Positions 9,945 to 21,119 of a stretch of DNA of 32,000 nt are shown here, in pieces. This DNA comes from Wolbachia endosymbiont strain TRS of Brugia malayi (lineage in GTDB: Bacteria > Pseudomonadota > Alphaproteobacteria > Rickettsiales > Anaplasmataceae): contig NC_006833.1 of NCBI RefSeq assembly GCF_000008385.1, positions 690,001 through 722,000 of the forward strand, read 5' to 3'. How positions within the stretch are numbered: the first letter of the stretch is position 1; each line of letters begins with the position of its first letter. The translations under genes and the position numbers were made by a program. Under the pieces are notes generated by a model. It was not told the origin of the DNA and did not search any database. It was given only the letters and a program-made list of their open reading frames with translations.

Positions 9945-12824
9945 TCAAGTTTTTTCATGTCTTTGCATTACAAGCAATGCAGGGGAAAAAATAAAGTTAA
10001 AACCGTTGCAGTTAATATTCCATTTGCTATAGCCGTTAAAATATCAACCACCACTGGCTTGATGGTGCGTCATATATGATTTGTAAAGCAAAAAAATCGA
10101 TATTTAACTTAGTAATCACAGGTATCAGCCCAAGGACTGTGGTTTCAACGGTAAGCAATATTGGTCTAATACGAGAAATCGAAGCATTTATTACACATCG
10201 CTTAATATCATTTTCATATATCTTGATTTGGCGATGGAAAGCATTGTGTACTAATACCAAGATCATTGATGTAATTGCCAATATAAAAGCCTTTAACAAA
10301 AAGGCTTCTGATTTTGTTGATCTTCTTTATCACCTTTAAAGTCAACTTAAACTTCCTTGTTCCAATCTCGAGCAATTGAATTTTGAATGAACTTAACCCT
10401 TTCATCAACTAAATAACCAGGGTCAACATCAGCAGAGATTGTCACTGTGCGTAATCCATTAATTCTACTCAGTTTATTTATCTTTTTTTCTGGAGCATAT
10501 TTTACTACGTTGCCTATAGGGTACAGGCTGTTAGCCATATTAATAAAAAGATTTTCCACAGCCTTCATGTTGCGGTCCTTTTTAGGAAAGTAAAGTACAA
10601 TGTCGATTTCTCTATTCAGGTTATTTGATCTATATTTTCCAATGAATACTCCATTTGTAATCATTTTTATAAAGTCGCCAATAGCTGCAACACTTACCCC
10701 AGAACTTGTAGCCTTATTTTTGTCAATACTCATGTTCCATTCTATTGCAGGTATTGATCTGCTGTCTTGAATCTTTACAAACTCTGATAAAGGCTGGTCC
10801 ATAATTTTTAGAATTTCTCTGCTACTAAATCCAAGCCAGATACGTTTCCGCTGAGATTAATTTGTATTGGCTTATCAGCCGACGGCCCTAACTTCTCTCC
10901 TTGGAGATCAATTATTACTCCTTTCATACCCTGCACACTGCTTCTTATATCATCTAATATAACCTAACTTTGCACCTAAAACGCAATTCACAAGTTCCAA
11001 TTGAATTCTGGCGACAACACTATCATCAAATAACCCTAACTTAGCATAGAAAACTTTAACTTCCTTCTTCATATTTAAAACACGATCCTCTACTTTTCTA
11101 AGTATCAGACCTCGTTCTTTGGTTTATAAGCTTTCTTTTGCTTTAACACTAATATAAGATATTGTCTGAGTCCACCTTCGAAAAAAAACTTTACCCCAAG
11201 GGCCAAAGGTAAAATACAACACACTAAACGAAAATAAAATTAATACACAGCACACACAAATTTTTTAGGATGGTCTAAACTTTCTCTAATATGAGTATGT
11301 AAGCTCTTATTACAGGTCCAGTATTCTTTATCTCACCACTTTCTATTGCATTCATTTTTTCAACTTCCTCTTTTGAAGCCACTGAAGGCTTGTCAAATAT
11401 TGCACCAAGTGTTAGTATGAAAACCAAAGCCATAATGAGCGAACCAGTCAGAGTTAGAATTATTGTAATTGGTATACGCTGCATAAATTTACCGACCGCA
11501 TTAGGCCACAAAAAACACTGCTAATTTTATCAACGTTGATGATAGAACTGGGCAGAATATATTATGGACTGCAGTGTGAAAGGCTTCTACTTTGTCCATT
11601 CCACAGATCATCTTTCTACCAGCATATTAGTTGACTACAATTGCATCATCAACTAGCATACCAATCGCCATAATTAAACTAAAAAGTACGATAATATTTA
11701 AAGTTATGCTCATAAAGTAAAGGGCTATTATTCCAATAAGAAAAGAGCCAGGTATCGAAAGTGCTACAAGGATAGCAATCCTTGTTCCCATAGAGAATAT
11801 CATTATGATCAATATCAGCAATACAGTAAATATCATGCAGTTTTCTAGGTTATCCAATACATTACGGACATCTTTCAACTGGTCATTTAAATACACCACT
11901 TTTAGATTTTTAGGCAGCTGGTCTCGTACCTTATCCACTAAGTATTTTACTTGATTTACTGTATCTATTATGTTTTTTCCATTACGTTTTGAAATCTCTA
12001 ATACTATGACAGCCCATTGATACGAGCAAATCCTTTGTGGTCTTCAAATCTAGGGTACACTTTTGCTATATCCTTTATTTTCAAAACTGCATTACCTTAA
12101 GACCTGATAAGAATGTTCATAATATCTTCTATGTCTTTTATAACTCTGATATTTTAATCGAGTATTTGCTTGTATCATTGTCAAGTGATCCAGCTCCGAC
12201 CAGTTTATTATGCTTGATATAACATAAAATATTTTATCTGATTGAATGTTGTATTTTGTTAGGGCTATAGGTTCAACTATTACTTCTATGTTTCCTTACG
12301 CTACCTGCCATTTCAACTTTGAGAACATTTGGCAGAGATTCTATTTCTTTTTTCAAATTATGCGCTACCCCAGTTAAAGTCCTCTCTGGTGAATTACCAA
12401 TTAATCCAACATTTAGTATAGGAAATAAGCTTAAATTTATTTCGCTGATTATCGGAGGCTCTGCTTCAACAAGTAGCTTCGATTTTATGTTTGAAAATTT
12501 TGAATGAACTTATCTAGCACTTCCTTATTACTATACTCTGCGCCAAATTTAAGTATTATATGTGCACCATCATTAGTTGCTAGGACTTTTAAGTTCCTTA
12601 ATTCCTTCTATAGACCTCAGTTCATTTTCTATTGGAATAGCTAATAACTTCTCACTGTCTTCAACGAAAATTCCAGGGAGCCTGACGAACACACTGATTA
12701 TAGGAATTTATATGTCATGGTTGCTTTCTCTTGGCACTTTTATATAGGCGTATGAACCAAAAATAAAAATTACTATAAGCAACAATATTACCGTCCTATT
12801 CCTCTCTACAAGTAAGCTTTTCAT
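9945..12824 (-). pseudogene. RND-family (AcrB/HAE-type) efflux transporter, multiply frameshifted
   Basis: Fragments lie in at least three frames. N-terminus: MKSLLVERNRTVILLLIVIFIFGSYAYIKVPRESN. TM4 signature: LFSLIMAIGMLVDDAIVVN. Periplasmic porter fragment at 10347-10802. ISRIRPILLTVETTVLGLIPV...APSSQWW, then a C-terminal AIANGILTATVLTLFF/SPALLVMQRHEKT* across a frameshift in a T/C run. Nearly full length (~960 codons). Confidence 0.85.
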
Positions 12825-12992
12825 ATTGATATTTTATTGAACATACATACTCTTGTACAACATTATAGCCGAGGTACATTATATATTAATTAACTCTTAC
12901 ATAATCTTTAAAATATTTACACTAGATATTGAAATCATCAAAAAAAATTGCAATTACAAAAGAAGCTTTGCATAGTAATAGTAGAGTAGTAT

Positions 12993-13727
12993 TTGATGGA
13001 TTATTATGGTGGCAATTCAAGCATAACAAAAGGCAAAAGTAAAGCAGTTACGTCTGCTTTAGCTGGAGCTCTGTCAGCTTTAATATTTTTAACAGCAATC
13101 CATATTGCTGGAAAAACAGCCATTGTTATTTTCGCTGCCATAGTCACTCACTTACTGCTTTCACCAACTCATAAAATAATAGCTAAAAAATTCTAGCCTA
13201 CTAAAACTTGTACTCCAAAAAAACAAAGTTCTAGAAGATGAGGTTTCAAAAGATGAAGGATATAACAGTGAAGGTGAGAAAAATAACATTGTAGTACCTG
13301 TAAAGAGCCCAGAAGAAACTGAAGCTAATTTAAAAGAGAAAATGATAAGAAAAAGGTCAGAGGAAGAAATGAAAAATGGATTACCTAAACATATGGACTA
13401 CGAAGGTAATGCACTGCCTGAAAATACTGAAGCTAAAACTGATAGTTGCTCTATTAATTATACAAAAACTATATGGTAGTACTTGATAGAATCGTCCTTT
13501 ATATTCAAGATAGCGAGAAACAAAGTACTAGCCAAGATGACACAGGTCAAACTCAATTTAAAGCAAACTACATGGATTTGATGCAATCTCTTCCTGAACA
13601 TATAGATGCATGCGGTAATCCACTTTTACTGCTGCAAAGCAAATTTACTTATATGGAGCTTGAATTTGAAAGGTACGCAGGATACAAATCATCACCCCTA
13701 AGTCTAATAAATATTCCATCCTATTAA
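12993..13727 (+). pseudogene. Fragmented gene: small membrane N-terminus plus acidic/charged tail, unknown function
   Basis: Three collinear open segments. 12993-13196 is a 67-aa hydrophobic ORF. 13201-13477 is shifted by one frame (LEDEVSKDEGYNSEGEKNNIVVPVKSPEETEANLKEKMIRKRSEEEMKNGLP...). 13473-13727 returns to the first frame. I recognise no family. The segments could instead be separate small ORFs. Confidence 0.35.
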
Positions 13728-13746
13728 AGAGAAAGACATCTGTGAA

Positions 13747-16700
13747 TCAATCCAAGCACATAAGTTTAGTGTTACCGCCAAATGCTGCAGTGTTTACACT
13801 TACAACTTTTTCTGTAGAAAAACGCTGCAAATAATTAGGACCTCCAGCTTTCGGTCCAGTGCCAGATAGTCCTCTACCGCCAAATGGTTGCACGCCAACT
13901 GTTGCACCCACCTGATCGCGGTTGATGTACACATTTCCAACTGATATTTTTCTACTTATTGAATCGATTTGATTTTGTATGCGGCTCTGCAAAGAAAAAG
14001 TAAGCCCATATCCTGTATTATTTATATCACTTATAACTCCATTTAATTGCGACTTATTAAAACGTATGATATGCAAAATAGGGCCAAACACTTCTTGTTT
14101 TAATTGCGAAATCTTTTGTATCTCATAAATATATGGAGAAAAGAAATGACCGTTATGAGAATTTGTATCCATAGGCACCTTGGATAAAAGGCTTGAATCC
14201 CTATCTCCTGACATCTTCTCCGTATATTTAGTCAGCATATCAATAGATGCTTTGTCAATTATTGGACCAATATCAGTGCTAAGTTGTATCGGATCACCAA
14301 CCTTTAACTCTTGAGCCGCATCACATATCATTTTTATCTGTTTTTCTGCTATATCTTCTTGAATAAATAGCACCTTAAGCGCAGAACAGCGTTGGCCAGC
14401 GCTGCGAAATGCAGAAAGCAGAACATCTACAGTCACTTGCTCCAAGAGAGCAGAGCTGTCAACAATCATAGCATTTAATCCGCCAGTTTCAGCAATAAAT
14501 GGCACAATGGGACCATTCCTGCTAGCAAGCATTCTATTAATCATTTGAGCAGTTTGTGTTGAACCAGTAAAAGCTACACCAGAGATTCTATTATCTGGCA
14601 CTAGTGCTTTACCTAAATATTGACCATCTCCTGGAATAAGATGCAGTACATCTTTTGGTATCCCAGCTTCGTGTAATATCTTAACAGCTTCATAGGCAAT
14701 AATCGGCGTTTGCTCTGCTGGTTTTGCCAGTACTGCATTACCTGCTGCAAGTGCAGCTGAAACCTGCCCAATGAAGATAGCAAGTGGAAAATTCCACGGT
14801 GATATGCATAAGAAAACTCCTCTACCCTCAAAAAAGATGAAGTTATCTTCGCCTGTCGGGCCTTGCAGTTTTTTCCAATTACTCAGTTCATTTCTTGCTA
14901 TTATTGCATAGTAACGCAAAAAGTCTACTGCTTCTCTTACTTCTGTTATTGCGTCGGATAGAACTTTCCCTGCTTCCACAATTAGAATGTAAATCAATTC
15001 TTTCATCTTTTCTTCAAGCAAATCTGCAGCTTTTTCAAGGTACACAGTACGCTTTTCTGCTGAAACATTTTGCCATTTAATAAAAGCACTATGGGCTACT
15101 TCAAGAGCATTTAAAGCCTGATCGCTAGTTGTATTTGACACTTCCCCAATTACGTTTTCCAAGTGTGCTGGATTAACCACTTCGATAAATTTAGCACTGT
15201 CAAACAGCGACTCTCCATTAATTATTGGTCCAACTTGCCATTTCTTCCCACTTAATTCTTTTATATCATTTGCAAATTGTGAAACTGTAACTGAATCACC
15301 AATGTCCATTCCTAAGGAGTTCTTTCTTTCCTCTCCAAAAATATCTTGTGGCAATGGAATGCTTGAGTGAGGTTCATACCCTAAGCTTTTAGCTTTTTCT
15401 AATGGATCTGAAATTAACTCTTCAATCTTAACATCAGAACCATTTATTTGATTGACAAATGAGCTATTAGCTCCGTTTTCAAGAAGGCGTCTAATAAGGT
15501 ATGGCAATAAATCACTATGTTTACCAACCGGTGCATATATACGACAATCGATACTTGTTGCAAGTTCTGACATTGCATAATCATATAAATTCTTACCTAT
15601 TCCGTGTAAGCGTTGGAACTCAAATCCAGGATGATTTTTATCAGCGAGCTCTACTATAGTAGCAAAAGTATAAGCATTATGAGTTCCAAAGCATGGATAA
15701 AAGTGACTTGCCTTACTCAAAAGTTTCCGCGCACAGGCAAGGTAGCATACATCAGTGTAGCTTTTTCTAGTAAACACTGGGTAACTACTTAACCCCAACT
15801 CTTGCGTGCGCTTGATTTCTGAGTCCCAATATGCTCCTTTCACAAGTCTTACCATAATTTTATGCTTTGATCGAATAGCAACATCCTCAACAAAGTCAAG
15901 AACAGACAAAGCACGTTTTTGATACGCTTGCACAGCTAAGCCAAGTCCTTCCCACTGTGAAAGTGACTCATCAAGACGCAATTGCTCGAATAAAACTAAT
16001 GACATCTCAAGTCTTTCTGACTCTTCTGCATCTATACATAATGAAATATTGTACTTTTTTGCTTCATGACAAAGTTCCAATACCTTAGTCTTCAGCTCTC
16101 CGGCTATATTACCGAATTGACAGAATTCATAACGTGGATGCAACGAAGAAAACTTGATTGAAATTCCATGTGACTTAAAACAATCGCTTGTATCAGTGGA
16201 TTCACCTATAGCTTTTATTGCATGCATATATGAATTAAAATATTCTTCAGCATTCTCAGCTGTGTGAGCGGCTTCACCAAGTATACTAAAAGAGCATAAA
16301 AATTTGCTATGGCTATCCGACCTTATACTCTCCAATGCTTCTTCTATAGTTTCTCCAACAATAAAGTGCTTACCAAGCATCAGCATCGCCTGCTTCACTG
16401 CCTTGCGGATTATTGGCTCTCCAAAATTTTTGAGTAGTTTAGAAATTACGTGATAGAATCTCGGACCTTCTTCATTGCCTCTTAATACACTACTTCCTAT
16501 CATCAAGCTCCACGTAGAAGCATTAACAAACAATGAAGAAGAACGCCCTAAGTGTTTACTCCATTCTTGATTGGCAATTTTATCTTTGATTAGTTCGTCT
16601 ATCGTATAATCATCTGGTATTCTAAGTAGTGACTCAGCAAGACACATTAGTGCTACTCCTTCGTCACTAGAAAGCGAGTACTGCTGCATAAAAGAATCTA

Positions 16701-16887
16701 TGACATCTAATTTGCTGCCTTTAATTTTTTCAACAACTTGTTTTGCAATATTGTAAATCCTATTTTTCGAATCAGCAGAAAGCTCTATTTTTTCTACAAG
16801 ATAACGTGCATAGCTTTTTTCATCAGTACGATAAAACCCCTGCAAACGTTTTCTTAATTCGTTAGGTTCTTGTATAGAGCTGATCAT
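13747..16887 (-). CDS. putA: Bifunctional proline dehydrogenase / 1-pyrroline-5-carboxylate dehydrogenase PutA
   Basis: 1046-aa ORF. N-terminal proline dehydrogenase barrel (VRLVKGAYWDSEIK, FQRLHGIG). C-terminal aldehyde dehydrogenase domain (FIAETGGLNAMIVD, GQRCSALKVLF). Confidence 0.95.
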   Translation of the reverse strand: MISSIQEPNELRKRLQGFYRTDEKSYARYLVEKIELSADSKNRIYNIAKQVVEKIKGSKLDVIDSFMQQYSLSSDEGVALMCLAESLLRIPDDYTIDELIKDKIANQEWSKHLGRSSSLFVNASTWSLMIGSSVLRGNEEGPRFYHVISKLLKNFGEPIIRKAVKQAMLMLGKHFIVGETIEEALESIRSDSHSKFLCSFSILGEAAHTAENAEEYFNSYMHAIKAIGESTDTSDCFKSHGISIKFSSLHPRYEFCQFGNIAGELKTKVLELCHEAKKYNISLCIDAEESERLEMSLVLFEQLRLDESLSQWEGLGLAVQAYQKRALSVLDFVEDVAIRSKHKIMVRLVKGAYWDSEIKRTQELGLSSYPVFTRKSYTDVCYLACARKLLSKASHFYPCFGTHNAYTFATIVELADKNHPGFEFQRLHGIGKNLYDYAMSELATSIDCRIYAPVGKHSDLLPYLIRRLLENGANSSFVNQINGSDVKIEELISDPLEKAKSLGYEPHSSIPLPQDIFGEERKNSLGMDIGDSVTVSQFANDIKELSGKKWQVGPIINGESLFDSAKFIEVVNPAHLENVIGEVSNTTSDQALNALEVAHSAFIKWQNVSAEKRTVYLEKAADLLEEKMKELIYILIVEAGKVLSDAITEVREAVDFLRYYAIIARNELSNWKKLQGPTGEDNFIFFEGRGVFLCISPWNFPLAIFIGQVSAALAAGNAVLAKPAEQTPIIAYEAVKILHEAGIPKDVLHLIPGDGQYLGKALVPDNRISGVAFTGSTQTAQMINRMLASRNGPIVPFIAETGGLNAMIVDSSALLEQVTVDVLLSAFRSAGQRCSALKVLFIQEDIAEKQIKMICDAAQELKVGDPIQLSTDIGPIIDKASIDMLTKYTEKMSGDRDSSLLSKVPMDTNSHNGHFFSPYIYEIQKISQLKQEVFGPILHIIRFNKSQLNGVISDINNTGYGLTFSLQSRIQNQIDSISRKISVGNVYINRDQVGATVGVQPFGGRGLSGTGPKAGGPNYLQRFSTEKVVSVNTAAFGGNTKLMCLD

Positions 16888-17026
16888 ATATAATTATCTA
16901 CAAAACACCCTTTACCATATGTAAGGTAGAATTATACCATAACCTCGCGTAGAATAAATTATTATTTATATAAAGGGCTAGGATCAACTAAAAAAGTCTA
17001 CTGTCTACTGCGATAACTTCACTAAA

Positions 17027-19630
17027 TCAAGAGGACTGTGCAAGTATGTAACTTAACACTCCACCGCTCATTAAGTATTTCACCTCAGTTGCAGTTTGTA
17101 CACAGCATTTTAGTTGAATTGATTGCTCCGAATTGTCTTTTCTTTTAATGATACATTCTAGATTCCCACTTGGTACTATTTCACCTTTTATGCTTATAAT
17201 CTCACTACTATCAAATATCCTTCTGGTCACTCCGCCTTGAAATATAAGCGGAAGAACACCCATGCCGACCAAGTTTGATCTGTGTATGCGTTCGAAGCTT
17301 TCTGCAATCACAGCTTTAATTCCTAGCAACAAAGTACCCTTTGCTGCCCAATCTCTGCTTGAACCTGCGCCATACTCTTTCCCTGCAATGACAACTAATG
17401 GAACAGCTTCTTCTTTGTAACGCATTGCTGTGTCAAAAATTGACATAGTCTCTTGAGAAGGAATATGTTTTGTATAGCCGCCTTCATTGCTAATCATTTC
17501 GTTTTTTATTCTGATATTAGCAAAGGTCCCACGCATCATCACGTTGTGGTTACCACGACGAGACCCATATGAATTGAAATCCTGTGGTTCAATTCCAAGA
17601 TTTTTTAAATATATACCTGCAGGACTATTTGAGGCAATATTTCCAGCGGGGGAAATGTGGTCTGTGGTTACACTATCACCAAACATTGCTAGTACTCGTG
17701 CATTTTTTATATCAATTACATTATCTTTATCATTTCCAGCTAATAAATCATCAAAATAAGGAGGATTTTGTATGTAAGTGCTTTTCGTGTCCCAGTTATA
17801 AATTTCACCTCTCTCATACTTTATCTTTTGCCAATGTTCATCACCAGAAAAAACATCCTTATACTTTTGCATGAACATTTCACACGTTACAACACTTCTA
17901 ACACAGTCCTCGATTTCATTGTTTGTTGGCCATATATCTTTGAGATAGACGTTATTTCCATTTTTGTCTTTGCATATAGAATCTTTTGTTAAGTCAACCT
18001 GCACAGTACCTGCAAGTGCGTACACAACAACAAGTGGCGGAGATGCTAAGTAATTAGCCTTGACTAAAGGATGGATCCTCCCTTCAAAATTACGATTACC
18101 GGATAAAACCGCAGCAACGGTCAAATTTTTGTTTTTAATATCGTCCTCTATATCTTTATTAAGTGGACCAGAATTTCCAATACAAGTTGTACAACCGTAC
18201 CCAACCAAATTAAAGCCTAGAGTATTTAGATTTTTCTGTAATCCTGATTTTTCTAAATATTTTGTTACAACCCGTGATCCCGGGGCAAGAGAGGTTTTAA
18301 CCCAAGGTTTTGATTTTATACCGAATTTTATTGCTTTACGGGCTATAAGACCAGCAGCAATCATCACACTTGGATTTGAGGTATTGGTGCAGCTTGTTAT
18401 TGCAGCGATAACTACACTTCCGTCTTGAAGCTTATCATTTTCCTTTGATTCATTAACTGAAAATGATGTAGAAAAAGACTCTGCTACTTGTGAGAGAGAA
18501 ACTTTATCCTGTGGTCTCTTGGGGCCAGCCATTACTGGCTCTACACCTGATAAATCAAGCTCCAATATGTCAAAAAACGCTAATTCTTCACCGCTGCGCC
18601 ACAGTCCTTGCTCTTTTGCATAGACTTCAACTAATTTGATTAACCCTTCTGGTCTTCCTGTTAAGCTTAAATAGTCTAGTGTTTTCTGATCGATTGGGAA
18701 AAATCCACAGGTTGCACCATACTCTGGAGCCATGTTGGCTATAGTTGCTCTATCTGCCAAGGATAGGTAATCTAAACCATCACCATAAAATTCTACAAAC
18801 TTACCAACAACGCCCTTTGCTCTTAAGATATTTGTGATTGTCAGTACCAGGTCAGTTGCAGTTACTCCCTCTGGAAGCCTTCCCATTAATTTAAATCCTA
18901 CTATCTCTGGAATTACCATACTAATCGGTTGACCAATCATCACGGACTCAGCTTCTATTCCACCAACGCCCCAACCAAGAACTGATAAACCATTAACCAT
19001 TGTAGTGTGGCTATCTGTACCTACTAAGGTGTCAGGATACACAACTCCACTTTCGTTACATACAACTTGCGCTAAATATTCGAGGTTCACTTGGTGACAA
19101 ATTCCTGTACCAGGTGGCACTACTCTAAAATTTGTGAATGATGATTCTCCCCACTTTAAAAATTGATATCTCTCCAAATTTCTTTTTATTTCCAATTCAA
19201 CGTTTTTACCAAATGCAGAAGTATTTCCATAACTATCTACTTGAACAGAATGGTCGATCACAAGATCAACAGGCACAGATGGATTGATTTTACTTGGATT
19301 ACCCCCCTTTTTTTTTACATAACTACGCATTGAGGCTAAATCAACAATGGCAGGAACTCCTGTAAAATCCTGCATCAATACCCTTGCTGGTTTATAGCTA
19401 ATTTCGTGATTGACATGTTTCTTAACACAACCTGCTAGTGTTTTTATGTCATCTAACCTTACGTTCACTTCATCTTCATTACGCAATAAATTTTCAAGCA
19501 ATACCTTAAGTGAACAAGGCAATTTGGCTAGATCTATTCCTAAAAATTTACTAGCAGCGTTAAGACTGAAGTAGCCGTATGACTTTCCGCTAACGTTTAA
19601 AGTTGTTTTTGAATTTAAAGAGTTATTCAT
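17027..19630 (-). CDS. acnA: Aconitate hydratase A
   Basis: 867-aa ORF. Fe-S ligand regions (VGTDSHTTM, ITSCTNTSNP, GCTTCIGNSG) and swivel-domain motifs (GAGSSRDWAAKG). Confidence 0.97.
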   Translation of the reverse strand: MNNSLNSKTTLNVSGKSYGYFSLNAASKFLGIDLAKLPCSLKVLLENLLRNEDEVNVRLDDIKTLAGCVKKHVNHEISYKPARVLMQDFTGVPAIVDLASMRSYVKKKGGNPSKINPSVPVDLVIDHSVQVDSYGNTSAFGKNVELEIKRNLERYQFLKWGESSFTNFRVVPPGTGICHQVNLEYLAQVVCNESGVVYPDTLVGTDSHTTMVNGLSVLGWGVGGIEAESVMIGQPISMVIPEIVGFKLMGRLPEGVTATDLVLTITNILRAKGVVGKFVEFYGDGLDYLSLADRATIANMAPEYGATCGFFPIDQKTLDYLSLTGRPEGLIKLVEVYAKEQGLWRSGEELAFFDILELDLSGVEPVMAGPKRPQDKVSLSQVAESFSTSFSVNESKENDKLQDGSVVIAAITSCTNTSNPSVMIAAGLIARKAIKFGIKSKPWVKTSLAPGSRVVTKYLEKSGLQKNLNTLGFNLVGYGCTTCIGNSGPLNKDIEDDIKNKNLTVAAVLSGNRNFEGRIHPLVKANYLASPPLVVVYALAGTVQVDLTKDSICKDKNGNNVYLKDIWPTNNEIEDCVRSVVTCEMFMQKYKDVFSGDEHWQKIKYERGEIYNWDTKSTYIQNPPYFDDLLAGNDKDNVIDIKNARVLAMFGDSVTTDHISPAGNIASNSPAGIYLKNLGIEPQDFNSYGSRRGNHNVMMRGTFANIRIKNEMISNEGGYTKHIPSQETMSIFDTAMRYKEEAVPLVVIAGKEYGAGSSRDWAAKGTLLLGIKAVIAESFERIHRSNLVGMGVLPLIFQGGVTRRIFDSSEIISIKGEIVPSGNLECIIKRKDNSEQSIQLKCCVQTATEVKYLMSGGVLSYILAQSS

Positions 19631-19788
19631 CTTACATAATCATTATTTGAGTGAAAAGTATTCATTATCCACAATAATGTCATTCCGGTATCATGTACAT
19701 AACTATATAAATTCTCCGTGTTACATTAAAATAGCAAGTGTGCAGTGTTAACCACCTTTGACACTGGAATGACAAAAATAGTGTTGTA

Positions 19789-20292
19789 TCAGTTAAAATT
19801 TTCATTACTAGCATTGCTTTTTTGTTGTCGACTTTGCTGCTCATACATGGCTTCAAAATCTATAGGATCTAGCATCAGTGGGGGAAATCCACCACTGCTT
19901 GTAACTCTTGCGATTACTTCTCGTGCGAAAGGGAAAAGAAAAGTAGGCCCGCCAATAAATAAGGCTCGATTTACCTCTTCTGTACTCAGCTCCGCAAAGT
20001 TTTCTACTGAAAAAATACCACAGTATTTTGTTTCACAGATGAAAGCAACACCATCTTTTATGTTTTCATCTTTTATCATCGCTTTAGCTTCTATATGCAA
20101 AGTAATCTCATGGAAAGACTTTTCTTCACTTTCCCCTTCTGTACCTTCAGATCCTTCTAATTTCACTGAATTGACATTAACCATTACATCAATATTGGGA
20201 ACTTCTTTTAGAGAAAGGAATGGTGAATTTGGGTTTTCAAGCGATAGATCTTTAACATATTGATTGTGAATTCTCATTTTTTGTTGTGACAT
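19789..20292 (-). CDS. secB: Protein-export chaperone SecB
   Basis: 167-aa ORF. MRIHNQYVKDLSLENPNSP... and FLFPFAREVIARVTSSGGFPPLMLDPIDFEAMY are classical SecB segments. Confidence 0.9.
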   Translation of the reverse strand: MSQQKMRIHNQYVKDLSLENPNSPFLSLKEVPNIDVMVNVNSVKLEGSEGTEGESEEKSFHEITLHIEAKAMIKDENIKDGVAFICETKYCGIFSVENFAELSTEEVNRALFIGGPTFLFPFAREVIARVTSSGGFPPLMLDPIDFEAMYEQQSRQQKSNASNENFN

Positions 20293-20450
20293 TTCCTACT
20301 CTCCCTATAATTAAGTTGAAGCATTTAATACTTTCTTGTACAATAAACCATTTACAAGTTAATAGCAAATCTAATTATAGATTAGTACAGGATAAGCACA
20401 TCTTCATTAACAATGTTAAGATATTTTGTATACTAAGGAGTTGAGTTACT

Positions 20451-21107
20451 ATGATAGAACTCGTAATATATGCTTTACTAGCTGCATTCGTTTTTTCACG
20501 TTTATACAATTCTTTAGGAAGATCAACAAGCCTCAACCTAAAAAAACTGACTAGTGTACTGGATATAAGCCAAGTCAGAGAAGATGTAGTAGAGAATATT
20601 GAAGATTACATTGATAGCAACGATAAAGATCCAATAAAAGCTACTTACGAGCAAATATTACAAAAAAACAAAGATTTCTCCATTTCCCATTTTATGGAAG
20701 GTTCAGGCGTAGTTTTCGAATTAATAATAAAATATTTTAACCAAGGGAATTTATCTCAGTTAAAACCTCTCTTAGATAAAGACTTATATAATAACTTTGC
20801 AGGGAAGATTAAACAACGTAAAGAGATATACGAGTCTATAATTGTCTCTATCGTTTCACAAAAGATTTTAGAAATAAAACTAGTAAAAAATGTAGTATTT
20901 ATTGCAGTATATTTTCTTTCAGAACAAATTAATTTTGTCAAGAACGACAAGGGGGATGTCATATCAGGTAGCACATCCACTATCAATAAAGTTGAGGATG
21001 TATGGCAATTTAAAAAGAATGTTACCTCATCAAACCCAAGCTGGTTGCTTACTTCCATAAATTATAAAAAAGCAGATGATAGTAAAACGAACGGAAAGTA
21101 TAATTAA
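20451..21107 (+). CDS. Tim44-like domain membrane protein
   Basis: 218-aa ORF, AAGGAG RBS. One N-terminal TM helix, then a Tim44-like C-terminal domain (VEDVWQFKKNVTSSNPSWLLTSI). The divergent position next to secB is typical of alphaproteobacteria. Confidence 0.75.
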   Translation: MIELVIYALLAAFVFSRLYNSLGRSTSLNLKKLTSVLDISQVREDVVENIEDYIDSNDKDPIKATYEQILQKNKDFSISHFMEGSGVVFELIIKYFNQGNLSQLKPLLDKDLYNNFAGKIKQRKEIYESIIVSIVSQKILEIKLVKNVVFIAVYFLSEQINFVKNDKGDVISGSTSTINKVEDVWQFKKNVTSSNPSWLLTSINYKKADDSKTNGKYN

Positions 21108-21119
21108 ATTTTATTTAAT

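Noticed and set aside
9964-9981. Hairpin TGCATT-ACAAGC-AATGCA considered as a terminator or nusA regulatory element
   Set aside because: It falls inside the readable C-terminal coding remnant of the RND pseudogene (..SPALLVMQRHEKT*). It has a short AT-rich stem and no flanking U-tract on either strand.
19678-19774. 9-bp inverted repeat TGTCATTCC ... GGAATGACA flanking 79 bp in the secB-acnA spacer, considered as a MITE/palindromic-element footprint
   Set aside because: The arms are short, there is only one occurrence in the window, and no target-site duplication is visible. It is plausible by chance in a 160-bp AT-rich spacer. Worth a genome-wide motif count, but not supportable from this window.
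19745-20263. 172-codon plus-strand ORF covering almost all of secB
   Set aside because: secB on the opposite strand is clearly genuine. The antisense product is low-complexity (S/L/F/T-rich) with no motif. It is most likely a shadow ORF.
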